Positions 47,697-55,298 of a stretch of DNA of 64,000 nucleotides are shown one piece after another. Numbering within the stretch: position 1 is the first letter of the stretch; each line of letters opens with the position of its first letter. The stretch spans positions 160,001 through 224,000 of the forward strand of contig CAXXVD010000003.1 of assembly GCA_963662335.2 (NCBI GenBank), written 5' to 3'. The position numbers and the translations under genes are program-made. The DNA is from Chloroflexota bacterium. GTDB lineage: Bacteria > Chloroflexota > UBA11872 > VXOZ01. The notes under the pieces are model-generated. The model made no database searches, was not told the origin of the DNA, and saw nothing but the letters and a program-made list of their open reading frames with translations.

Positions 47697-49076
47697 ATGA
47701 AACGTGCAAGCACGACCATTCCCATCACGAGGCGTGGCTTTCTTGGTATGACCGCAGCCACGGCGAGCGCTTTCTTGGCTGCGTGCGGCGCATTGCCCGT
47801 GGCAGCACCGGAAGAAGGGCCCAAGGCGGCAGAGCCGGAAGCCAAAGAGGCGGCGCCGAAGGCGGCTGAAGTCACCGAAGTCATATGGGCATGCTATAAC
47901 CTGGGCGAAGAGCGCAATAAGACCCTGGGCGACATGGAGGCGGCCGCAAACGACGTCCTGCAGGGCGAGCGCGTCACACTGACAATAACCCCACCAGGCA
48001 CCAACCTGTGGGAGAAGCTGCAGACCGAGTTCGCTGGCGGCCAAACAACCTACGATATTGTCGTGAACCAGATCAACTGGGTGCAGGTAGGCGCGGCGCG
48101 CGGCCTGTTTGCGTCCATGGACGAGCAGATGGCCAGGGACAACATCGCACGGGAGGAGTTTCTGGATACGGCGTCCTGGCTCTTCAAGAACAAGCTCTAC
48201 GCGCTGCCGTTCCAGGTGAGCGGCGAACTACTCTTCTACAATAAGGCGATCTTCGACAAGGAGGGCATGGAGCATCCGACCCCCGAGTGGACCTGGGACG
48301 ACGTGATCACAAATGCCACGAAGCTCACTGAACGCACGGGTGACAAGACCGAGCAATGGGGTTATAACTTTGGCTACACGGGCATCAACGTGGGGTTAGG
48401 CACCTTCATGCTCAACAATGGTGGCCAGGTGCTAAATGAGGCCCGAGATCGCGTGGTGTACGGTGAGGACCAGTTCGCCATCGGCGGCGCGCAGGTATTC
48501 GTGGACTTCATCCTGAAGCACAAGATCGTGCCCTGGGGAGAGGAGCGGGGCGAACTGCGCACGCAAGGCGGCGGTTCGGTGATGGGCAGTGGCGTTGCCG
48601 CCATGGACTCCTTCCACATGTATCCCCTCGTGAACGTGGTCGGGAAGATTGGCGACGATCTCGGCATGACCGCCGTTCCCAGCGGTCCCGCGGCGCGGAC
48701 CGTAGAAGTGCACAGCAATTCCTGGTCCATTCTGGGACTGAGCAAGGTGCTCGACGCTGCCTGGAACGTGATGAAAGTCGTTGCCGGTGAAGAGGGTCAG
48801 ACACTCTGGACAACCCAGAACTATCCCGGCCTGGCGAGTGTAACGGGAGAATTCCAGAAGAACTTCCCCGGCCTGGACTTCTCTCCCATCATCGAGCAGT
48901 GGCAGCAGCACGGACGCGACTTCTTCATCACGCCGGACGTGGACGCGTGGCGCAAGGCCGCCAATGCCGAGCTTACGCCGATGTACACCGGCGAAAAGAC
49001 GGTGCCGGAAGCCGTAAAGGCCTCGGCAGACGCCGCCAACGCGGTCCTAGCCGAGCGTCCGGATGAACTAAAGTAA
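47697..49076 (+). CDS. Extracellular solute-binding protein (family 1), Tat lipoprotein
   Basis: TRRGFLG...LAACG signal; YALP, FYNKAIFD and WTWDD motifs. Confidence 0.9.
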   Translation: MKRASTTIPITRRGFLGMTAATASAFLAACGALPVAAPEEGPKAAEPEAKEAAPKAAEVTEVIWACYNLGEERNKTLGDMEAAANDVLQGERVTLTITPPGTNLWEKLQTEFAGGQTTYDIVVNQINWVQVGAARGLFASMDEQMARDNIAREEFLDTASWLFKNKLYALPFQVSGELLFYNKAIFDKEGMEHPTPEWTWDDVITNATKLTERTGDKTEQWGYNFGYTGINVGLGTFMLNNGGQVLNEARDRVVYGEDQFAIGGAQVFVDFILKHKIVPWGEERGELRTQGGGSVMGSGVAAMDSFHMYPLVNVVGKIGDDLGMTAVPSGPAARTVEVHSNSWSILGLSKVLDAAWNVMKVVAGEEGQTLWTTQNYPGLASVTGEFQKNFPGLDFSPIIEQWQQHGRDFFITPDVDAWRKAANAELTPMYTGEKTVPEAVKASADAANAVLAERPDELK

Positions 49077-49102
49077 TCCTCATCCGGCACACAGTTTATA
49101 GA

Positions 49103-49150
49103 CATACCGTTCTCCCCCGCGTGCTCAGCGGCGCGGGGGAGAACGGTATG
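49103..49150 (+). terminator. Intrinsic terminator-like hairpin
   Basis: CATACCGTTCTCCCCCGCG...CGCGGGGGAGAACGGTATG followed by TTATTT. Confidence 0.75.
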
Positions 49151-49424
49151 TTATTTGCTGCTGACACACAGCGCCTTGACTTGATTATCGGGCTTTTGCC
49201 AGTGCTAGGGCGAGCCTCCTTAATCAGCCGTCGCGCGGGGGCTTGTCCCCCGCTTCCCCTTGTCGCGGCACGGGGCAAGCTTGGAGCCAGATGCATACAC
49301 CGTCTCGGTCACAGTGCTTAGTATCGTTCCAATCACGTACTCTGTAGCCTTGGCGCGTGCCGTGTATGTGCAGTGACCATTGGGGAAGACCGTGTGGCGA
49401 CAGCAGGCAGGAGTCGCACTTTCT

Positions 49425-49835
49425 CTATCGTAAGAAGCGAAGAAAGCGCGCGGCGCGGGCCACCTTGCGCCCAAGCTGAATTGAGCGGTCGAAGTCTTCC
49501 TTGATGGTGGGGTCGTTGTCGTACTGTTCTTTCACGTCCTTGACCAGGGTAGACCCGCCGGCCTTGAGGGCGCGAAAGAACTTGGACCCGGCGACCGGCT
49601 TTGGCACGGGGAACGGCTCTCTTTGCGCTCGCTTTACGTCATACGCGGTGCGGTAGGCGGGATTGGTGAGGACGTGGTAGGCCTCCGCCACCATCCGCAC
49701 CCGCGCGGCGAGTTCCCCGGCGTCGGTCTCTGCCGCTTGCGCCTGCGCGGCGGCGAGCGCGCGCCGGAAACCGGCTTCGATCTCCTCCGCTTCGGCATCC
49801 TCGGCGACGCCAAGTACATCGTAGTAGCTTTGCAT
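49425..49835 (-). CDS. J-domain-like protein lacking HPD
   Basis: YYDVLGV...EI...FR and EAYHVLTNP..R.AYD match J-domain helices. No HPD in the loop. Confidence 0.75.
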   Translation of the reverse strand: MQSYYDVLGVAEDAEAEEIEAGFRRALAAAQAQAAETDAGELAARVRMVAEAYHVLTNPAYRTAYDVKRAQREPFPVPKPVAGSKFFRALKAGGSTLVKDVKEQYDNDPTIKEDFDRSIQLGRKVARAARFLRFLR

Positions 49836-49846
49836 GGGCTTGCTCG

Positions 49847-50509
49847 CTATTCGTCGGTTGCCTCAAGTATAGCGGACGAGCGGCGCCGCGATTCCATCTC
49901 TGCCGCCTCATCCGCTCCCGGCGGTTTTCCCGGCCGTGTCAGAATCCTGATCACAACGAATCCACCAATGAGCAAAATCATAAAGACAACAAACAGTATG
50001 TCAAGATACTCGTCGATGAAGGCCGCGATCGGTTCGCCGAAGAGCGCGATCAGCAGCCCGACGGCAAAGAAACGGGCGCCGCGCCCCAGCAGCGACGCCA
50101 GCATGAAACGCCCAAAATGCAGCCGGAACATGCCGGCCGTGACGGTGAAGACCTTATACGGTATCGGCGTGAGCGCGGCAATGAGAATCGCCCACACGTC
50201 CCAGCGCTGGTACTTGCGCTCCACGAATTCGACTTTGTCCTGCGAGAAGAGGCGGTCTACCACCGGCCGGCCACCCCACATGCCGATTAGGTAGCCGATG
50301 CCGGCGCCAACGAGCGAACCGGCGAGGCAGATCGCCGCAAAGACCAGCGCAAAGCTGGGCTTGCCGACGCCCAAGGCGATGAGCAACGGGTCCGGCGGCA
50401 CCGGAAAGATGATCGACTCCGCCGCTGAGAGTAGAAAGAGCGCCAACCCGCCATAGGGCGAGTCCGCCCAGGCGAGCACCCAATCGACCAAGTCGTGGAG
50501 GATGTCCAT
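49847..50509 (-). CDS. YqaA family (DedA) membrane protein
   Basis: AESIIFPVPPD, TPIPYKVF and GRGARF motifs. Confidence 0.92.
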   Translation of the reverse strand: MDILHDLVDWVLAWADSPYGGLALFLLSAAESIIFPVPPDPLLIALGVGKPSFALVFAAICLAGSLVGAGIGYLIGMWGGRPVVDRLFSQDKVEFVERKYQRWDVWAILIAALTPIPYKVFTVTAGMFRLHFGRFMLASLLGRGARFFAVGLLIALFGEPIAAFIDEYLDILFVVFMILLIGGFVVIRILTRPGKPPGADEAAEMESRRRSSAILEATDE

Positions 50510-50637
50510 TGAAATCCTGATTCTCTTCGTAGAGCGTTTCTATCAAGTCCGCACGATCCGTTCACGCTTCGACAGGCTCAGCGCGAACGGATTACGCAGG
50601 CCATACGGCAACCTACAAGAAGATGGCAAACAAGCGC

Positions 50638-51111
50638 TTAGATGAGATGCTCGATTTCAACGCCGCCCCAGTGCCGCGCGAAATACTCCGCCACCAACCG
50701 GCGGTGGCAGTGATCGGGCTCATGCTCGCTGCACAAGAGGCAACTGTCTGCCAGGGTCGCCTTCAGTCTCTTCGTGATGCGTCTTCCGCCGGCGGGTCGG
50801 ATACCGTCTGCAAGGATGCGCCGTTCGTCCAAGAGCGCCAAGAAGACGTGTTCATAGGCCGCCCAGTCGACTTCGCCCGCGCGGTAGCCGTCCAGCAGCG
50901 CTTTGGTGGGCGCGAGGTCCGGCGCGTGGATGTAGTCCATGCGGCATATCTTCCGCAGCAAGTACGGCAAGTCGTCGCCGTGGGCAAAGCGCGCCAGTTG
51001 CGAGGCGTTGTTGAGCCGCACGTCTATCAGGCGTTTCGCGCCCGATTCACGCAGCAATTCGAAGAATGCAGAGGCCGGCTTCTTGGTGAAGCCGATGGTG
51101 TAAAGTTTCAC
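50638..51111 (-). CDS. DUF488 domain protein (YTIGFTKK subtype)
   Basis: LYTIGFTKK, IDVRLNN, LAP and LLCSEHEPDHCHR motifs. The GTG start overlaps the upstream stop. Confidence 0.9.
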   Translation of the reverse strand: MKLYTIGFTKKPASAFFELLRESGAKRLIDVRLNNASQLARFAHGDDLPYLLRKICRMDYIHAPDLAPTKALLDGYRAGEVDWAAYEHVFLALLDERRILADGIRPAGGRRITKRLKATLADSCLLCSEHEPDHCHRRLVAEYFARHWGGVEIEHLI

Positions 51112-51986
51112 GGCGCGCGCTCCCATTCACCGCCGCCGGACGGATCGCGCCAGCGCGCGCCTACGCGCCGCGCCTGCCGCGCCACGGCGTCCTCGAGCAC
51201 CGCCTCGCGAGAGCGGAACAGGTCGCCGTGGTGCGGCAACTTGAACGAATCGAGCAGGCGGTTCATGGCGTCCGCGTGGCTCTCCAAGCTACCGTCGGCG
51301 TGAATGTGCGCCACCGCCGCGCCGCGTTCGGCAAGCATTTGCCCAATCAGCAGCGTGCGGTGGCACTCCAACGGCTCCTTCTCGCTGCACATGAGCGTCA
51401 TGCCCCCCGCCGCAGAACCGTCCGCCCGGCCCGAACCCGTCGCAGTACCCGCAGCCGTTCGCCCTGAGCCAACTCTTGCATCCTCTGCCGTTGATCCCGG
51501 TCTCGCCGCTCCATCCACCGCCGTTCGTGCCGGACCTGCCGCAGAGCTAGCAGCCGTTCGCCCTGAGCCCGCCGCGTTCCCCGCAGCCGTTCGTCCTGAG
51601 CCTGTCGAAGGATGAACGGCTGCGGCGTCCAGCACGTAGGTCATCCCTTCCTTGAACGCGGCAGTATCCGCCAACCTCTCATACGAAACGCGCCCGCCGT
51701 CGTCGTAAAGCGCCCGTTCCGCCGGTTGGCCGCCAAGTTCCTGCCCTTTGAAAACATAGCCGATACCGGCCTGTGCCAGCAGCGCGTGCAGCGCCTCCTT
51801 ATTGAAGTGGGGCAGATAGCGGCTGTACGGGGCGGAGCGCACATCCACCACCACGTCCACGCCGTGCTGCCGCAGCAACGCCGCGAACGCATCGGGTTCG
51901 TGGTTGGAGTGGCCGATGGTGAAGACCGGTTTGGCTTGTGCGTTCACCTTGCGCTTCTCCCCGTGCGCCTCGACGCCTGTGCTCAT
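51108..51986 (-). CDS. DUF488 domain protein (TIGHS subtype) with an in-frame repeat insertion
   Basis: FTIGHSNH, VDVRSAPYSR, ELGG and LMCSEKEPLECHR motifs. An insert of about 70 aa (GSGRTAA repeats) lies before the Cys motif. Confidence 0.9.
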   Translation of the reverse strand: MSTGVEAHGEKRKVNAQAKPVFTIGHSNHEPDAFAALLRQHGVDVVVDVRSAPYSRYLPHFNKEALHALLAQAGIGYVFKGQELGGQPAERALYDDGGRVSYERLADTAAFKEGMTYVLDAAAVHPSTGSGRTAAGNAAGSGRTAASSAAGPARTAVDGAARPGSTAEDARVGSGRTAAGTATGSGRADGSAAGGMTLMCSEKEPLECHRTLLIGQMLAERGAAVAHIHADGSLESHADAMNRLLDSFKLPHHGDLFRSREAVLEDAVARQARRVGARWRDPSGGGEWERAP

Positions 51987-52119
51987 TGCAAAGAAACCTC
52001 CGGTAGCGTAGGTTTGCAACCTGCGCCCCAGGTGCGGTAGAAGCCACAACCTACGCGCGCTCACCGTCCTGCCGCGCGCCAAAGCGCCAACAACTGCCAA
52101 TCAACGCAACCGCCTCAGG

Positions 52120-52830
52120 CTACGCCACTTCGATGATGGCCGCAACGAGCTTGTAGGCGTATCCCTGGTACGGCTCGCCCAAACTCACGGTAAGCAAGCA
52201 TGGCCCCAGTTCGTAGCGGTCGTTCGGCCGGTTCAGGTACCGCTCCTCATAGACCGGATCGGTGGCCCACAGCCGGTACTCGTCACCGGCATGGCGAAAC
52301 CGGCCCTTGAGCCGCCGCCTGAAGTCGCCCTGCGCCGCCCGGGGCGCAATCACCGCTAGTTCCAATGCGTCCACGGCGATGAAACGCAACGAGCTTTCCA
52401 GCTTCAGGGCGCGGTCCAACGGCACGCGATCGTTGCGGCCGTGGTGCGTGTGGTGGCCGTTGACCCAAAGCGGCGCGGGAGAGTCGGCCAGATGCGCCAA
52501 TTCCCGCGGCGCGAGACGGCGTGCCTTGCGCCAACGCCGCGCCGGGTCGAGCAGCCAATTCTCCCGTTGGTAGCCCTTCGGCCGCGGCGCGCGCAGGGGC
52601 ACGTCGATCACGTCGCCCAGGCGCGGCTCGCCGCCGTCCGCGTACTGCCGTTCGATTTCACTGACCGCCTCATCCGCCCGCTCGCTCACCGGCCGCACCC
52701 ACGCGCCGGGCCGCCCCTCCGCCAACACTTCCTTGCCCGCCAGGCAGCGGCCGCCCTCTTTGCGGGAATTGGCAAGGCAGACAATGCGCTTCAGTGTGCC
52801 ATCTTGCATAGCAAATCCCAACCGGCCCAC
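52120..52830 (-). CDS. Dual OB-fold domain protein (copy 2)
   Basis: KRIVCLANSRK.GGRC.AG, WVRPVS, YQ.EN, NDR, F...G..Y.L..TDP and TVSLGEP.....YKLVAAII motifs. Confidence 0.8.
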   Translation of the reverse strand: MGRLGFAMQDGTLKRIVCLANSRKEGGRCLAGKEVLAEGRPGAWVRPVSERADEAVSEIERQYADGGEPRLGDVIDVPLRAPRPKGYQRENWLLDPARRWRKARRLAPRELAHLADSPAPLWVNGHHTHHGRNDRVPLDRALKLESSLRFIAVDALELAVIAPRAAQGDFRRRLKGRFRHAGDEYRLWATDPVYEERYLNRPNDRYELGPCLLTVSLGEPYQGYAYKLVAAIIEVA

Positions 52831-52850
52831 CGGCGCCTCCTTAGCGCTTC

Positions 52851-53630
52851 CTACGAAAGGGTGAACAACGGAATCTGCCCTGTCGTCTCAAAGGGAATGT
52901 CTAATGCGGTTGGCTCTGAAGTCGCGATGATCGCGGCAATGAGCTTATAGGCAAAGTTCTTGTGCGGCGCGCCGAGGCTGATCGTTAGGAAACAGACGTC
53001 TAGGCCATAGCGGCGATTGGGCTGTTTTCCGTACTTTTGCTCGTAGACCGGGTCGGTGACGTTCAGCCGATACTCAATGCCATCATACCGGAAACACCCT
53101 TGTACCTTGTACGGTGAGACCCCCGTCACTTTGTGCTTGTGTTTCGCTGTAGATGTAGACAACTCCAGCCGGTCAACCTGGATGAGACGCAGCGAGCTAG
53201 CAAGGGCATTCGCAAGGTAGAGCGGGATTCTATCGTTCCGCCCATTACTGCCGCTGTGTCCATTGATCCAGAGTGGTCCCGCTGAATCCATGAAGAGGTC
53301 TAGGTCGTCCAGAGCGATGCGGCGCACTCTGTTCCAAAAGGCATGCGGGCGGGTAGAATGTGGATCGAGCAGCCAATTCTCTGATTGGTACGTGTTTGGC
53401 CGGGCCTCGAGCACGGGCACGTCGATGACGTCCAGCACGGCCGGCTCGGTGCGGTCCTTGTACTGTCGCTCGAATGCATTGACCGCCTCATCCGCTCGGT
53501 CACTGACGGGCCGCATCCACTCGCCGGCGCATCCCTCCGCCAATAGTTCCCTGCCAGCGATACAGCGGTCACCCATCTTGCGCGAGTTGGCCAGGCAGAC
53601 AATGCGCTTGACTGTGGCGGTTGCTGCCAT
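52851..53630 (-). CDS. Dual OB-fold domain protein (copy 1)
   Basis: Same motifs: KRIVCLANSRKMGDRCIAG, WMRPVS, YQSEN, NDR, VTDPVYE, TISLG and YKLIAAII. Confidence 0.8.
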   Translation of the reverse strand: MAATATVKRIVCLANSRKMGDRCIAGRELLAEGCAGEWMRPVSDRADEAVNAFERQYKDRTEPAVLDVIDVPVLEARPNTYQSENWLLDPHSTRPHAFWNRVRRIALDDLDLFMDSAGPLWINGHSGSNGRNDRIPLYLANALASSLRLIQVDRLELSTSTAKHKHKVTGVSPYKVQGCFRYDGIEYRLNVTDPVYEQKYGKQPNRRYGLDVCFLTISLGAPHKNFAYKLIAAIIATSEPTALDIPFETTGQIPLFTLS

Positions 53631-53738
53631 AGTCTCGTTCTCACAGATACGTCCACTCCAGCAAACTGCCCTGTCTATGCCGGTTTGGCAGTCCCGGCAA
53701 CCGCAAGACCCCTACAATCCCTGTGCAGGAAACTGTGC

Positions 53739-53921
53739 CTACTCGTCTTTCTCAGCTTGGCTCGGGCCACTCTGCGGCTTTGGCGGAACGCCCGACCCTC
53801 CCTGAGGAGGATCTCGGGGATCCAAAGTGCCCCTTTCCGGCTGATATCCTCTTGCAAACGGGATGTCGTTGCGCTCTTTCGCCGGTGTTTTTTCCGCGAC
53901 TCTCTCTTCTTCGCTTGACAT
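53739..53921 (-). CDS. Small disordered hypothetical protein (GYQP...PPQGGSG)
   Basis: AGGAGG RBS before ATG 53921. 60 aa, immediately downstream of the DUF6338-like gene. Confidence 0.55.
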   Translation of the reverse strand: MSSEEERVAEKTPAKERNDIPFARGYQPERGTLDPRDPPQGGSGVPPKPQSGPSQAEKDE

Positions 53922-53934
53922 TGCACGCCTCCTA

Positions 53935-54525
53935 CTAATCAAAGAACTCTACTGCTAAGATATCATCCCTTAATATTAGTATGCCCCGGGAACGCTCGAC
54001 TTGTCCCTCTGACTGGAACTTTCCTTCCTAATCAAGCTGCCAAACCTCTTCGATGTAAATCTGTTCGTCAGCAGGATATGAGGAGGCGAACGACTTTCGA
54101 TCAAACCTGCCGCCGATTTTGCGACCGTCTCGCAGATGGACAATAACCCAGAAGACTTGCCTCCTGCTAAACACATAATCCCAAGGCTTTCGCATGGAAT
54201 GAACAATGAATCTTGCGCCAAGTCGAGACGTCGATAGTCGAAAGAACAAGACTGGCCAGAGTGTTGGAAAGACGACCATTGCCAGGAAAAGAGAGGCAAA
54301 GTACCACAGTGGGTGTTCAATCGGGAAGTCATCTGCGTGGATTGGGATAATCAGAGGAAGTAACACCGCGTAGTTTAGGGAACTGTACCCAATGGCCTCA
54401 AATAAGGACTGCGAGAAGTTGCGGAATTCCCTTGGTACCAGTAGGTCGTAGACCTTCAGCGATATAAAACCCGGAATAAAGAAGAGAAGAAATAGGATGA
54501 TTCTATCTAATTCCCAGACATTCAT
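53935..54525 (-). pseudogene. DUF6338-like membrane protein interrupted by an in-frame TAG
   Basis: FFIPGFIS, PWDYVF, VIVHLRDG.KIGG and FASSYP..EQIYIEE motifs. After TAG 54028-54030 the frame continues EGKF...RGILILRDDILAVEFFD to TAG TAG at 53937. Confidence 0.72.
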
Positions 54526-54661
54526 CTCAGACCTTCTTGCGGCGCTTCGCGGCACTAGTCGGCGCTAAAGCGTGCATTGCTAACGCAATTGCCAACTCGC
54601 CACCCCCTCTAAGTAAAGAGTGGCTTTGGTTGCTACGCTGCTGAACATCGACAGTAGGTCG

Positions 54662-54982
54662 TCAATACACAGCCGGAGCATACACGTTCAGCGTGCGCAG
54701 GGGTTCCTCGCCGGTGCAGCGGAGTTCGTGGGGATCGCCGGCCGGGATGATGAGCACGTCGCCGGGGGCGAGGGGCGCGGTGTGGTCGCGCACGGTGGCT
54801 TCGCCATGGCCGGAAACGACGTAGACCACCTGGTCGGAATCTGGGTGGTCGCTGGCGTGCAGGCCGCCGGTCTTCTCACCGGGGCCGAGGATCAGAATGC
54901 CGACCTGGCTGCGCGCCGTGCCGGCAACGATGCGAAACAGCGAGTCTTCCGTAAGGATTGGGGTAATGTTGAGCGGTTTCAT
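54662..54982 (-). CDS. Cupin domain protein
   Basis: H..SDQVVYVVSG.G, PGDVLIIPAG.PH and LNVYAP motifs. Confidence 0.88.
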   Translation of the reverse strand: MKPLNITPILTEDSLFRIVAGTARSQVGILILGPGEKTGGLHASDHPDSDQVVYVVSGHGEATVRDHTAPLAPGDVLIIPAGDPHELRCTGEEPLRTLNVYAPAVY

Positions 54983-55298
54983 ACTGTGCCTCCGCCTTTG
55001 AGTAGTCTCCCGGCTCAGGCTCTTTTCAGAGCCGTTGACCGTCGCTCATAGCGCCGCCTGTCACTCCCAAGTAGAGTCTGCCCGTACACGATGCGGCGAG
55101 GGAAATCACGCGCGCCGAGCTCAAATCTGCGCCATTGGCTGGCCTGCGCTCCGCTATCGGGAATCCGGTTCGCGTCTACCGTGTCGGGCGCTGGATTCCG
55201 GCTTCCGCCGGCATGACGGACTTGCTATGGCGGAGCCTTAGCCTGGGCGCTGCTTGTCTAGTGCGCGCGGCAGGAGCGTTGCGAGTGGGTTGCCGGTT

